Positions 46,953-57,842 of a DNA stretch of 64,000 nucleotides are shown here, piece by piece. Origin of the DNA: an uncultured cyanobacterium (GTDB lineage Bacteria > Cyanobacteriota > Cyanobacteriia > Cyanobacteriales > CAWCAG01); assembly GCA_963793425.1 (NCBI GenBank), contig CAWCAG010000005.1, positions 768,001-832,000 of the forward strand, written 5' to 3'. Numbering within the stretch: the first letter of the stretch is position 1; the number at the start of each line of letters is the position of its first letter. The notes beneath the pieces are model-generated. The model saw only the letters and a list, made by a program, of their open reading frames with translations, made no database searches and was not told the origin of the DNA. Position numbers and translations under genes: made by a program.

Positions 46953-48167
46953 ATGTACTCAAAACTGAGTTCGTTAGTTAAACAAACCTTGCCCAATCCA
47001 CCAGACATCAAAAGGGCAAAGCGACTCCATCAAGAATTGTGGAATGATGCGGGCTGGGATACAGATTATGTGGTTTTGACCCATACTTCTTGTTTAATTG
47101 CTACCTTTGGTTTGATTAGCAATAGTGCTGCGGTAATTATTGGGGCAATGTTGGTGGCTCCTTTGATGTTACCTCTAAGAGGGTTAGCTTTTAGCGCTTT
47201 GGAAGGGGATTTATCGTTATTTCGTAAGGCTTTGCTAGCCATCATGGGAGGAACTCTTATCTCCATTGTTTTATCTTCTCTAATTGGCTTAATTGCCGGC
47301 ATTCCAGAATTTCAGTCAGAAATTCTCAATCGTACCCAGCCCAACTTAATTGACTTAGGCATTGCTGTGGCCGCAGGCTTAATTAGTGGTTTTGCTAAAT
47401 TGCGTCCTCGACTCAGCGATGCTTTAGCTGGAACCGCTATTTCAGTAGCTTTGATGCCTCCTTTATGTGTCGTTGGTTTGTCTCTCTCCCAAGGTTACGC
47501 TTCTTTAGCCACAGGAGCATTTCTACTCTACGTTACTAACCTTTTGGGTATTACCCTAGCTTGTATGCTGGTTTTTATCATTGCTGGCTATGCCAAAATG
47601 AACCACGCTTTGGGTGTCACTTTTGGTTTAACTGCGATTTTAGTTTTTCCTTTAGGAGCTAGTTTTTTACAGCTAGTTGAAAAAGCTCAGTTAGAAAAAG
47701 CCATTCAAGATAAATTAGTTCGAGAAACTGTTACGGTGGGGCAACAAGAAGTAGAACTATTAAGAACAAAAGTGAATTGGACTACTCAGCCTCCTATAGT
47801 TTATCTCAGCTTGCAAGTAGGAAAACAACAGGGAAAAGAAGAAGTTGAAATTACCCCCAAGCAAGTTCAGGAAGTTGAAAAATTTATCTCCGCAGCAACA
47901 AGCAAAAATTTTGAGCTGGTTTTTCTCGTTAATGATGTCAAAATCATTACTGCCCAAGAATATCAGCAAGTAGAACCAGAACAAGTGCCTATAACGCAAT
48001 CAGAACCTTTACAAAAAGATATTAAACCTCAGCCTTCAGAAGAAAAAGCAGTCCCGGAAACTTCACCTCAAGAACAACTAAAGGAAAGCCCAACAGCCGA
48101 AACTTCTCCGGAAGTTGAACCCAAAAAAGAACCAAAGGAAATTCTCCCACCTTTAATTCCGCAGTAA
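46953..48167 (+). CDS. DUF389 family membrane protein
   Basis: IATFGLISNSAAVIIGAMLVAPLM.P, EI..RTQPNL.DL.IA, AL.GTAISVALMPPLCVVG. Confidence 0.9.
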   Translation: MYSKLSSLVKQTLPNPPDIKRAKRLHQELWNDAGWDTDYVVLTHTSCLIATFGLISNSAAVIIGAMLVAPLMLPLRGLAFSALEGDLSLFRKALLAIMGGTLISIVLSSLIGLIAGIPEFQSEILNRTQPNLIDLGIAVAAGLISGFAKLRPRLSDALAGTAISVALMPPLCVVGLSLSQGYASLATGAFLLYVTNLLGITLACMLVFIIAGYAKMNHALGVTFGLTAILVFPLGASFLQLVEKAQLEKAIQDKLVRETVTVGQQEVELLRTKVNWTTQPPIVYLSLQVGKQQGKEEVEITPKQVQEVEKFISAATSKNFELVFLVNDVKIITAQEYQQVEPEQVPITQSEPLQKDIKPQPSEEKAVPETSPQEQLKESPTAETSPEVEPKKEPKEILPPLIPQ

Positions 48168-48219
48168 AATGTGTTTGCTTTGTTGTCATTGGAAATCGAA
48201 CACAACTTATACAAAAAAA

Positions 48220-48243
48220 GAACATTAAGCGAACGCGATCACA
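48220..48243 (+). promoter_or_regulatory. Second copy of the 24-nt motif (CRP-like AGCGA-N6-TCACA)
   Basis: 22 of 24 identical to 13907-13930; ends 54 nt before ATG 48298. Confidence 0.45.
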
Positions 48244-48297
48244 AATCCCCATCTCTGATACTGAGTTTAATGAGTAAAATGAAGCTTGGAATCTACT

Positions 48298-48789
48298 ATG
48301 ACGCTTCTCCAGAAGAATTCTAATACCAACCAAAGAAATGCTTGCTACTTCACTCCTAAGCAGTTATTGAAGCAATATTTAGCGGGAGAGAGAGACTTTC
48401 GCAAGATTGTTTTTAGTAATTTGATTCTCCGTTGGAGTGATCTCCAAGAAATAGATTTAAGCGAAGCTTGCCTTCATCTTTCTATTTTAGAAGGTTCTAA
48501 CTTCTCCAAAAGCAACCTAGTAAAAGCTGATTTGAGTAAAGCTAGCCTTGTTGCTGCGGATTTAAGTCAAGCTGATTTGAGGTCGGCTAATCTTCAAGAA
48601 GCTAATTTAAACGGGGCTAACTTAACCGGTGCGAATTTAACTGGTGCTAACCTCTCAGGAATCAACTTAGCACAGGCAGATTTAACTGATGCAATTATGC
48701 CCAATGGACAAATTTATGCCCATAGGAAAATAGCTTTTGCCAAACGTAGTTCCCGATTATTATCTTTATGGCAACAAGCTTGCGCTTAA
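48298..48789 (+). CDS. Pentapeptide repeat protein
   Basis: LL.QY.AGERDF followed by A(D/N)Lxx repeats ending AIMPNG. Confidence 0.9.
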   Translation: MTLLQKNSNTNQRNACYFTPKQLLKQYLAGERDFRKIVFSNLILRWSDLQEIDLSEACLHLSILEGSNFSKSNLVKADLSKASLVAADLSQADLRSANLQEANLNGANLTGANLTGANLSGINLAQADLTDAIMPNGQIYAHRKIAFAKRSSRLLSLWQQACA

Positions 48790-48868
48790 GAAGACAGTAG
48801 GGAGCATAAAAACCTGAAAAGCAAACCCACCTAGCAAGCTTTCTCCTGCTCCCTGCTCCCCCTAACTC

Positions 48869-51475
48869 TCACTTTGATGTCATAGTCCAAACTCCATCCC
48901 AATCTCCATCTGGAGGCTCAGCTAGGAAATGCTGACAGCGCTCCATATGTAGCTTGGCTGCTTTATTATCTTTATCTATACCCATAACTTGGGCAAACTT
49001 ACCTACTGCACCAACAAAGTCGCGGCTGAGGTAAAGCTTTCTACCTTCATGATAAAATTCAACAATTTGCTCTTGTTGGGGGGAAAGGGTATCTCCTTTT
49101 TTACCTAGCAATTCGTAAACAGATACAGGTAAGTTCTTTCCTTTAACTTTAATACGATCCAACTCTCTTACAATTACTTGGTCGCGACAAGGTTCATAAG
49201 TATTTTCGCTAATAATAATATCGCAGCCATATTGCTTACTGGCGCTTTCTAAGCGGGAGCTTAAGTTTACTCCATCACCAATGGCAGTGAACTCCATCCG
49301 CTTACTAGAACCGATGTTACCACTGATTACTGAGCCAGAGTTGATCCCAATACCAATACGGATAGGAACCTTATTTTCTTTTAACCTTGCTTCATTGAAT
49401 ATTTCTAAGCGTTCACGCATTTCTAAGGCCGTTTGTACAGCTTTCCAGGCATGATCTTCTAAGGGTAAAGGAGAGCCGAAAACGGCCATAATTGCGTCGC
49501 CGATATATTTATCTAAGGTTCCTTTATGCTTAAATACTGCCTCAACCATACTTTCAAAGTAACCGTTGAGCATACCCACAACTTCTTCAGCTTTGAGTTT
49601 CTCTGTCAAGCTGGTGTAGCTACGAATGTCAGAAAAGAGGACGGTTACTTCTTTGCGATCGCCCCCTAATTTCGCATCCCCTAGTTTGAGTAACTCTTCA
49701 GCTAATTCTTGGGTCATGTAACGGTACATAGTACTCTTGAGGCGCTTTTCATCAGAAATATCCTCCATAACCACTAAAGCCCCATAAACATTGCTAGCAT
49801 CCCTAGCATCGCTGATGGAGTTAATGGAGAGGTTAACGCTATGTTCTTCTTCGTCTGCGAGTAAGGTACGATCTGGATAATACTGTTCTCGACTAGAGCG
49901 ATCGTCACTAGGAGATAGGGCTTTATTAAACCAGCCTGCAAATTTCCCTTCTTTGATATTAATCAAATCAACGACCTTTTGCCCTTCTAGAGCTTCTAGA
50001 TCGTCAAAGCCTAATAAATATTTTGCTCTTTCATTAGCAGCGATAATACGTCCTGCTTTATCTGTAGAAATCACTCCGTTAGTTAAACTCCGCAAGATAT
50101 CCCTCTGCATTTGTTCTTGCTGTTTAACTTGGTTGAAAAGCTTAGCATTTTGTAGGGCTACCCCAGCTTGAATGTTGAAAGCTTTCATGAATTCTTGGTC
50201 ACTGCCATTAAAACTCGCTTTCCAACATTCGGGGGCTTCAGGCCAGGTATCAGGATCGTAAGGAGGATATTCTCCTTGCCGCTTTTTGTTTAATAGTTGG
50301 GTGACACCAATTAATTTACCGTCGGCATTGAACACAGGCATACAGAGAAGACTACAGGTACGATATCCTGTTTTCGGATCAGTTTTCTTAGCATTTTCTG
50401 CATCGGGATGGTTATAAAGGTCAAAACCAATGTTGAGAATTTCTCCTGTTTCTCCTACTTTCCCTGCAAATCCGACACCAACGGAAACTCGGATTTCTTT
50501 TAAAGACCCGCCGGGCATGGGGATCTTTGTCCAGAGGTCGTTTTTATCTTCATCAATTAACCAAAGTGTGCTACGGTCAGCACTCATCAGCTTTTTGGCT
50601 GCATCCATCACTGTTCTTAAGGTGGCATCTAAATCTAAGCTGCCCTTACTCAAGGAGTTAGTGGCCTCAATTAAAGCATTGGCTGCCCGCTGTCTTTGAG
50701 TCGCTTTATAAAAAGAGCGGGAAGATTCTAATATGAGTTGAATTGAGGTGGCAAATTCATTAAATAATTTAACGTCTTCCTCTGTAAATCCTTCTTTGTT
50801 AACCTTCTCGTCTAAAGGAGCATCAGGAGTTACATCAGGCTGTAATTTATTAATTAACTGCACTACAGCCACTAGTTTTTGCTGGGTGTCGAGTAGAGGC
50901 AAAACTAGCATCGTATAGGTACGATAGCCATTTTTTTTGTCGAATTTTTTCGCTGAGGCTGAGCGGTAGTCGTCATAAAAATCGTAGGGGATGTTGACAA
51001 CTTCTTTAGATTCAGCTACTGCTCCGGCAATACCTATACCAATAGGAATACGAATTTCTATTGGTTTACCATCTTCTCCCTTCGCCACAATAGAAACTAG
51101 TTCATCTTCATCATCATCTAATAAGTAAATGGTAGTTCGATCAGCCCCTAACAATTCTCCAGTTTTCAAGGAGATGGACTGCAACATTTCATCAAGAATG
51201 GCATCAAAACCCTGGCTATCCAGCACATTATCTAGCATGGATAGGGTTTGATTCACGATACGCAGTTTGTCTTCTACGCCATCAACAACTTCTTCAAAAG
51301 ATTCTTTACCTAAAGGAGCAAGGAAGGTCGAAAAACTGCCTCCTGTTGTGGCTAAGGAACTGCCAGAAGAGGATTGATTGACATTATGATGATTTTCGCC
51401 GCCTACGACTTCAGCTTCTAGGGTTTGACCGTCGTGTGGTTTTAAAGATGAGGATTGAGAAGATGCAGCAGTCAT
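48869..51475 (-). CDS. cyaB: GAF-GAF-PAS class III adenylate cyclase (CyaB type)
   Basis: Two GAF domains with ADRT/ST, GIAG/GFAG, GYRT and NK...F...D; PAS segment LTNGVISTD; FSDIRSYT, LDKYIGDAIMAVFG, FTAIGDGVNLSSRLE; C-terminal WDGVW.M.SK. Confidence 0.9.
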   Translation of the reverse strand: MTAASSQSSSLKPHDGQTLEAEVVGGENHHNVNQSSSGSSLATTGGSFSTFLAPLGKESFEEVVDGVEDKLRIVNQTLSMLDNVLDSQGFDAILDEMLQSISLKTGELLGADRTTIYLLDDDEDELVSIVAKGEDGKPIEIRIPIGIGIAGAVAESKEVVNIPYDFYDDYRSASAKKFDKKNGYRTYTMLVLPLLDTQQKLVAVVQLINKLQPDVTPDAPLDEKVNKEGFTEEDVKLFNEFATSIQLILESSRSFYKATQRQRAANALIEATNSLSKGSLDLDATLRTVMDAAKKLMSADRSTLWLIDEDKNDLWTKIPMPGGSLKEIRVSVGVGFAGKVGETGEILNIGFDLYNHPDAENAKKTDPKTGYRTCSLLCMPVFNADGKLIGVTQLLNKKRQGEYPPYDPDTWPEAPECWKASFNGSDQEFMKAFNIQAGVALQNAKLFNQVKQQEQMQRDILRSLTNGVISTDKAGRIIAANERAKYLLGFDDLEALEGQKVVDLINIKEGKFAGWFNKALSPSDDRSSREQYYPDRTLLADEEEHSVNLSINSISDARDASNVYGALVVMEDISDEKRLKSTMYRYMTQELAEELLKLGDAKLGGDRKEVTVLFSDIRSYTSLTEKLKAEEVVGMLNGYFESMVEAVFKHKGTLDKYIGDAIMAVFGSPLPLEDHAWKAVQTALEMRERLEIFNEARLKENKVPIRIGIGINSGSVISGNIGSSKRMEFTAIGDGVNLSSRLESASKQYGCDIIISENTYEPCRDQVIVRELDRIKVKGKNLPVSVYELLGKKGDTLSPQQEQIVEFYHEGRKLYLSRDFVGAVGKFAQVMGIDKDNKAAKLHMERCQHFLAEPPDGDWDGVWTMTSK

Positions 51476-51788
51476 ATCTCTTCACGAAAACTTGGGTGAG
51501 AATGTAAAAATACTTAAGCAAATGAGCGTACTTTAAAGGGAATTAATTTTCAAGCTAAGGGTTTTCCTCTGAATATATAGATAAACTAATCCCTAGTGTA
51601 CTCTTATGAATTTATTTTGAACACTAATTCAACTTTGATGTTTTAGCAACAGTATTATTAATATTAGTTTGCCATGGTTACAATCAATCCTTAATTTCTG
51701 GCTAATTTGTAGATACAAAGCGAAAAAATTAGGTCAGAGCTTAATTTATCCCTAGTTTTTCTTGACTCCAGTTTATTTTTCCCATTAT

Positions 51789-53588
51789 CTAATCACTAAC
51801 TGCTAATTTCTGCTCCTGACGATGGGCAGCAGCTTTAGAGAGTAGAGACTCAGCAAAAGCCATAGCTTCTTGAGCCGATTGTCCTCCAGCTAATTGAGCT
51901 AGTTCTTCTTGGCGACGCAGGCTGTCTTTTAAGCTGGTAACTCTAACCACAGTGCGAATCTCTGGTGTTTCTGAAACAAATTCGCTTTGAGGGATTTTGT
52001 TACTCTTAGCTTCTCTTTGCCCTAAAGATAAGCGATCAATAACTTCCTTGTCTACCCGGAAGTGAACATCTGCCATTGCTGCAATTAGGGGTTGGTGGGT
52101 GACGCAAAGAATTTGGTGGTTTTGACTTAGTTGATGGAGTTTTTCGGCAATCGCTTGAGCTACTCTACCAGAAACCCCGGTATCTATTTCGTCAAAGACT
52201 AGAGTGGCAGCATTTTCTTCAGAATCAGTAAAACAGGCTTTTAATGCTAATAAAAAGCGGCTCATTTCTCCTCCTGAAGCCGTTGAAGATAGGGGCTGTA
52301 GCTTTTCACCAGGATTAGGACTAAACTGAAAAATAACGCGATCCCCGCCGGAATAACTAGGGTCATTAGGGGTGATTTGGCACTCAAATTTTACCTTTTC
52401 CATTGCTAAAGGTTTAAGTTCCGCAATTAACCTTTTTTCCAATTGCACCGCTGCTTTTTGTCGCAATTTAGTTAGTTTTTGGCAGTCCTTTGTTAATTTT
52501 TCCTGACATTGGGCGTATTCTTGTTCTAATACCTCTAGGGCTTGGCTATCATCGGTGAGTTCTTCTAATTCTGCTTGAAGCTTACGATAATAGGCGATCA
52601 CTTCAGGAAGGTTGGGGCCATATTTGCGGCAAATTTGTTTGAGTAGGCTAACCCTTTCTTCCAAGATGGCTAGTTGTTCGGGATCGGTTTCTAGACTATC
52701 TCCGTAGGCATTTATTTGCTGTCCTGCGGCTACAACTTCCATGAAAGCGCCTTTGATGGTTTCTAAAAGCGGTTCCAAACTACGATCATATTCTGCCATC
52801 TCCGTTAAGATAGCTTCTCCTTTACCCAAAAGATCCGCTACAGCTACTCCATCACTATCATTTTGATAAAGCAGTTGATAAGTTTGGTAACTTAGGTTTT
52901 GCAGTTCAACGACATGGGAAAGCCGATCTCTTTCTATTTCTAATTTGCTTAATTCGTCGGGATCACTCAAATTAGCTTCTGCTAGTTCCTGAGTTTGGTA
53001 TTCTAGCCAATCTAGCCTTTGCAAGCGCTCTTGTTCTGATTGGCGGCGTTTAACTAGGGCTTGTTGTGCTTCTTGATAAACTTTATAGGTCTTACCGACT
53101 TTCTGTCTTTGTTTGAGCAGAGGTTCACCTCCATAATAATCTAGTAGTTGTCGCTGAATAGCTGGGACCATAAGCTGTACAGTTTGACCCTGGGCTGTAA
53201 TTTCTACTAAACGAGGGCGCAGTTGTTCCATAAAAGCGCGATTAACCAAAACACCGTTGACACGAGAGCGCGATCGCAAGCTCCCTTTGCCAACGGCAAT
53301 TTCTCGACAACAAATGATACTCCCTTCATCTAGGGGATCAATTTCTTGCTCTTGTAACCATTCTTCTAAAGCCCTGTCTACTTGAAAGGTTGCTTCGACT
53401 ATGGCTTTTTTAGTGCCGGTGCGAATTAAGCGATTATTTACCCTTCCTCCTAAGACAACATCAATGGCATCGAGAATAATTGACTTACCCGCACCAGTTT
53501 CGCCAGTTAAAACATTGATACCAGTTCCTAAATCTACCTCTAGGTGGTCAATCAAAGCAAAATTACGGATTTGCAAGGAAAGAAGCAT
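51789..53588 (-). CDS. recN: DNA repair protein RecN
   Basis: LQIRNFALID, LTGETGAGKSII, FSPNPGE...PL...ASGGEMSR, FDEIDTGVSG, CVTHQP.IAA. Confidence 0.96.
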   Translation of the reverse strand: MLLSLQIRNFALIDHLEVDLGTGINVLTGETGAGKSIILDAIDVVLGGRVNNRLIRTGTKKAIVEATFQVDRALEEWLQEQEIDPLDEGSIICCREIAVGKGSLRSRSRVNGVLVNRAFMEQLRPRLVEITAQGQTVQLMVPAIQRQLLDYYGGEPLLKQRQKVGKTYKVYQEAQQALVKRRQSEQERLQRLDWLEYQTQELAEANLSDPDELSKLEIERDRLSHVVELQNLSYQTYQLLYQNDSDGVAVADLLGKGEAILTEMAEYDRSLEPLLETIKGAFMEVVAAGQQINAYGDSLETDPEQLAILEERVSLLKQICRKYGPNLPEVIAYYRKLQAELEELTDDSQALEVLEQEYAQCQEKLTKDCQKLTKLRQKAAVQLEKRLIAELKPLAMEKVKFECQITPNDPSYSGGDRVIFQFSPNPGEKLQPLSSTASGGEMSRFLLALKACFTDSEENAATLVFDEIDTGVSGRVAQAIAEKLHQLSQNHQILCVTHQPLIAAMADVHFRVDKEVIDRLSLGQREAKSNKIPQSEFVSETPEIRTVVRVTSLKDSLRRQEELAQLAGGQSAQEAMAFAESLLSKAAAHRQEQKLAVSD

Positions 53589-53726
53589 TTAATTTCAGTT
53601 AAAAATCTATTTCTAAAGTTGTAGCGATCCCCATACAGGAAAAGTTTTTTTCATACTAACGTTGACAGCCAAGATTGTTACAATACTTCACAGGGAAAAA
53701 AGCTCGCGTTAGTTAATTTAAAGATT

Positions 53727-55733
53727 ATGAAAGAGAACAATTTATCATTAGCTTCATATAAAAAAGATTCAGTTCCTGCTACACAAGCAAATCTAGAAAT
53801 GAATCCAGATTTGCCACCATCGCCCCCCCAAGTATCTACAGTAGAGCGTTACGATCCCAATTTCATTAAACAACATTATCGCCGTCGTCCTCTGAAAGTA
53901 TTAGGAAGGGCTGTGGCGATTGTTGCCCCTTTTCTTTCTTTTGGGATCAAGCTATGGTTAGACAAAATTACGGGGCAAGTTGCTAAAAAACGCCAGAAAC
54001 GAGCAATTAGATTAAGAGAAGTTATAACTTCTCTTGGTCCCACCTATATTAAAATTGGTCAAGCTCTTTCGACACGCCCTGACTTGCTTCCCCCCACTTA
54101 CCTCGAAGAGCTAGTTAAGTTACAAGATCAACTACCCCCTTTCCCTAATGAAGTTGCTTTTCAGTTAATTGAAGAAGAATTGGGAAAGCATCCCCACGAA
54201 ATTTTTGAGCAACTTTCTCCTGATCCCGTTGCTGCGGCTTCTTTGGGACAGGTTTATAAGGGTAAGCTTAAAACTGGAGAAGATGTTGCTGTTAAGGTAC
54301 AACGTCCAGATTTAATTGAAAGAGTTGCTTTAGATATTTACTTAATGCGTAACTTAGCTGAGTGGGCGCAAAATAATATTAAGCGGGTACGCAGCGATTT
54401 AGTTGGTATTACTGATGAACTAGCAGCACGGATTTATGAAGAACTAGATTACTCTTTAGAAGGGCGTAATGCTGAGCATTTCGCTGAACTATACGATTAT
54501 TTACCAGAAATTTATATTCCCCAAATTTATTGGGATTATACTGCCAAGCGTGTCCTAACCATGGAATGGATTGTGGGGACGAAGTTAACCAACCTCGAAG
54601 CAATTCAAGCCCAAGGTATTGATGCTGCATATTTAGTAGAAGTGGGAGTTGAATGTTCCTTGCGGCAGTTATTAGAACATGGATTTTTCCATGCAGATCC
54701 CCATCCTGGTAATTTATTAGCTACTCCCGATGGTAAACTCGCTTACCTAGATTTTGGCATGATGAGTACCATTAAACCCCATCAACGCTATGGTTTGATT
54801 GAGGCGGTGGTTCATTTGGTTAACCGAGATTTTGAATCCCTAGCTCGTGATTATGTCAACCTGGAGTTTTTAACTCCGGATACTGATCTTAGACCCATTG
54901 TTCCTGCTTTAGCTGGGGTGTTTAATAATGCTCTTGGAGCCAGTGTTGCAGAATTAAACTTTAAGAGCATCACTGATCAAATGTCCGATGTGATGTACGA
55001 ATTTCCCTTCCGAGTGCCAGCTTATTATGCTCTGATTATCCGCTCTATGGTCACTCTCGAAGGGATAGCTATCAATATTGACCCCAACTTCAAAGTACTC
55101 AGTAAAGCCTATCCTTACATCGCTAAGCGCCTTCTCACTGATCCTTCCGAAGAGTTACGCTCTTCTTTGCGGGATCTTCTTTTCCAAGATGGTAGCTTTC
55201 GTTGGAATCGTTTAGAGAATCTTCTTCGCAATGCCCGTAGCAGTCAGGATTATGATTTTGCCAATGTTCTCAACCAAGCTATAGATTTTCTCTTTTCTTC
55301 GCGAGGGGATTTTATCCGCGATCGCTTAACCAATGAGATTGTTAAAGCTTTGGATACTTTAGGGAGGCGTAGTTGGTTTAATTTTTCTTCTGGGTTACGA
55401 CAACAGATTGGTATGGCGGTGCAGGAAACTCCTCCTGATTTAGAGGGTAATTCCCAAAGTCTTGAACATATCAAGCGTATCTGGGGTATTTTACAAGAAA
55501 CCCCTGGCTTTGAAGCTAATACTGTTTTAAACCTGATACCTAAGTTGTTAGCTAAACCCGAAACTCAAGCAATGGGACAAAAAATCGCTAGTGGTTTAGC
55601 TCAAAGGGCAGCAGCAAGATTGATTCGTCAATGGCTTTTGGAAGATGAGCTTACGAATGCCAAAGCGACTCCGAAAGTTACTGTGGTTCGAGAACAACCT
55701 CAGTTGAGCCTTCCCCCAGCAAGAGTTGTTTAG
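53727..55733 (+). CDS. ABC1/UbiB family atypical protein kinase
   Basis: LGPTYIKIGQALSTRPDL, AAASLGQVY, VAVKVQRP, GFFHADPHPGN, YLDFGMM. Confidence 0.94.
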   Translation: MKENNLSLASYKKDSVPATQANLEMNPDLPPSPPQVSTVERYDPNFIKQHYRRRPLKVLGRAVAIVAPFLSFGIKLWLDKITGQVAKKRQKRAIRLREVITSLGPTYIKIGQALSTRPDLLPPTYLEELVKLQDQLPPFPNEVAFQLIEEELGKHPHEIFEQLSPDPVAAASLGQVYKGKLKTGEDVAVKVQRPDLIERVALDIYLMRNLAEWAQNNIKRVRSDLVGITDELAARIYEELDYSLEGRNAEHFAELYDYLPEIYIPQIYWDYTAKRVLTMEWIVGTKLTNLEAIQAQGIDAAYLVEVGVECSLRQLLEHGFFHADPHPGNLLATPDGKLAYLDFGMMSTIKPHQRYGLIEAVVHLVNRDFESLARDYVNLEFLTPDTDLRPIVPALAGVFNNALGASVAELNFKSITDQMSDVMYEFPFRVPAYYALIIRSMVTLEGIAINIDPNFKVLSKAYPYIAKRLLTDPSEELRSSLRDLLFQDGSFRWNRLENLLRNARSSQDYDFANVLNQAIDFLFSSRGDFIRDRLTNEIVKALDTLGRRSWFNFSSGLRQQIGMAVQETPPDLEGNSQSLEHIKRIWGILQETPGFEANTVLNLIPKLLAKPETQAMGQKIASGLAQRAAARLIRQWLLEDELTNAKATPKVTVVREQPQLSLPPARVV

Positions 55734-55935
55734 GAGCTTGCTTTTTTATCCCTTGAGATAATATTATGTATATGGTAGAAAAGATGGGCCCTGAAAAGAA
55801 GTTTTTAAAAACATTCTTGGGTTTGAGAAATTCTGAAGCTTAAAAAATCGCAGCAATATTTAGTAGGAGTTGATGACAAGATTGTCTGGGGCGGGGAAAT
55901 CTCGCCCCTAGTTTTTGATAATCCCCTTAAGTATT

Positions 55936-56787
55936 ATGGCTAATTCCCTCAACCTGAAAAAGGAACATCGTTGTTTTGGCGGCAAAGTTGCTTACTATAG
56001 CCACAAATCTCAAGCTTGTAACTGTGAGATGAATTTTGCGGTTTATCTTCCTCCGCAAGCCCAATTTCAAAGAGTCCCCGTACTTTATTATCTTTCTGGT
56101 TTAACTTGCACAGAAGATAATTTTATCCTCAAAGCGGGGGCGCAACGCTGGGCAGCGGAGTATGGTTTAATGTTGGTTGCTCCTGATACCAGTCCCCGTA
56201 ATACCAATACTCCTGGAGAAGATGAAGAATGGTTTTTGGGTACTGGTGCTGGTTTTTATCTTGATGCTACTGTTGCACCCTGGCAGGAACACTATCAAAT
56301 GTATAGTTATGTGGTGCAAGAGTTACCAGATTTAATCGCAGCCAACTTTCCTGTTAAACCAGAAAAGCAAGGGATTTTTGGTCATTCTATGGGAGGACAT
56401 GGGGCCTTAATTTGTGCTTTAAAAAATCCTGGCAAGTATCAATCAGTTTCTGCTTTTGCCCCCATTGCGGCCCCAATATCTACTACATTGGGACCACAGG
56501 TATTTACTACTTATTTGGGTACGGATTGTAATTGGTGGAAGGCTTACGATGCTACTGAATTGGTGAAGGAAACTCAGCTTGATACTTTAATTCTTATCGA
56601 TCAGGGTAAAGCTGATTCTTTTTTCCTGGACAATGAACTCAAGCCTGAAGTATTTGCCCAAGCTTGTGAAGAAGTTGGTCAAACTTTGGAGTTACGTTAT
56701 CACGAAGGGTACGATCATGGTTATTTCTTTGTGAGTAGTTTTATTGAAGATCATCTGCGTCATCATAGTGAAATTTTGAATGGTTAG
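55936..56787 (+). CDS. fghA: S-formylglutathione hydrolase
   Basis: [53 protein letters not shown] at 55936. Confidence 0.93.
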   Translation: MANSLNLKKEHRCFGGKVAYYSHKSQACNCEMNFAVYLPPQAQFQRVPVLYYLSGLTCTEDNFILKAGAQRWAAEYGLMLVAPDTSPRNTNTPGEDEEWFLGTGAGFYLDATVAPWQEHYQMYSYVVQELPDLIAANFPVKPEKQGIFGHSMGGHGALICALKNPGKYQSVSAFAPIAAPISTTLGPQVFTTYLGTDCNWWKAYDATELVKETQLDTLILIDQGKADSFFLDNELKPEVFAQACEEVGQTLELRYHEGYDHGYFFVSSFIEDHLRHHSEILNG

Positions 56788-56845
56788 TTTAAAGCAGAAA
56801 GATAGAATCTATAATTAACGCGATGTTATCAAAATAATTATAAAA

Positions 56846-57832
56846 ATGTCTCGCCAAAATAGTAAAACCTTTGGAGATTGGGCTTATTTAGCGATCGCCA
56901 AACATTTCCGCAAAATGAGTAAATATGAAGCAGGGGTATTGGCAGATAAGAATCCGGAAAAATTACATAAAATGCGTATTGGTATGCGGCGTTTACGCAG
57001 TGCTATTAGTGGTTTTGCCCCGGCAATTAATTTACCTAAACCAGCTAGGGAAAAAAACGTCGCCCATATCGCCCGTAAGTTAGGAGAGTTGCGAGATCTT
57101 GATGTTTTGCAGAAGACTTTGCAAGAAGGTTATTATTCAGAGTTACCTAAAGCCGAAAGAAAGCATTTAGATAAAATTTTTAAACAGTTAGCAAAGCAAC
57201 GTCGTACAACTTTTAAAGAAGTTGAAGCTACCCTCCAAGGAAAAAAATACCAGAAGCTACAAAAATCATTTCAAGATTGGTTACAAGAACCTCAATTTCA
57301 GGCGATCGCCGCTTTAGAGGTTAAGCAGATTTTACCAGATTTGCTTTTGCCTCAAGTTAGTCAATTACTTCTTGATCCAGCTTGGTTAGTGGGTGTTAAA
57401 GTGCGAGGGGGAGAATGTATTTTTCCTGAAGAGTTAGAGCGAAAGCAAGTTGAAGAGATTTTAGCAATTCAGGAAGAGAAGCTGCACAAATTGCGTAAAC
57501 GAGCCAAAAAGACCCGCTATCAAATGGATTTATTTACCCAATTTTATGGTGAAAAATATCAAGTTTATCTCAATAAAGTTAAAGATATGCAAGGGGTGTT
57601 AGGAGAATTTCAAGATAGTTTTGTTTTGAAGGATTTTTTAAACAAGTGTTGTAATGGCAAGGTGGAAAAAGATTTGCCAACTTTGACAGCATCTCTACAA
57701 AATAAACGCTATGAGAAATGGCAAGAATGGCAAAACTTTCAAGGCTATTTTCTTGATTTAGGTAATAGAAAAGATTGGCGATTGGTGATTAATGATTGTT
57801 CTTCTGAGATGGTAGAGAAGACAGTAGAATAA
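56846..57832 (+). CDS. CHAD domain (polyphosphate-binding) protein
   Basis: LHKMRIGMRRLRS, LGELRDLDV, LHKLRK..KK.RY, QGVLGEFQD. Confidence 0.9.
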   Translation: MSRQNSKTFGDWAYLAIAKHFRKMSKYEAGVLADKNPEKLHKMRIGMRRLRSAISGFAPAINLPKPAREKNVAHIARKLGELRDLDVLQKTLQEGYYSELPKAERKHLDKIFKQLAKQRRTTFKEVEATLQGKKYQKLQKSFQDWLQEPQFQAIAALEVKQILPDLLLPQVSQLLLDPAWLVGVKVRGGECIFPEELERKQVEEILAIQEEKLHKLRKRAKKTRYQMDLFTQFYGEKYQVYLNKVKDMQGVLGEFQDSFVLKDFLNKCCNGKVEKDLPTLTASLQNKRYEKWQEWQNFQGYFLDLGNRKDWRLVINDCSSEMVEKTVE

Positions 57833-57842
57833 TACTTTTTTC

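Noticed and set aside
53677..53694. HLR1/RpaB-like direct repeat GTTACAAT-AC-TTCACAGG before the ABC1 kinase
   Set aside because: The second half-site has three mismatches; too weak to call.
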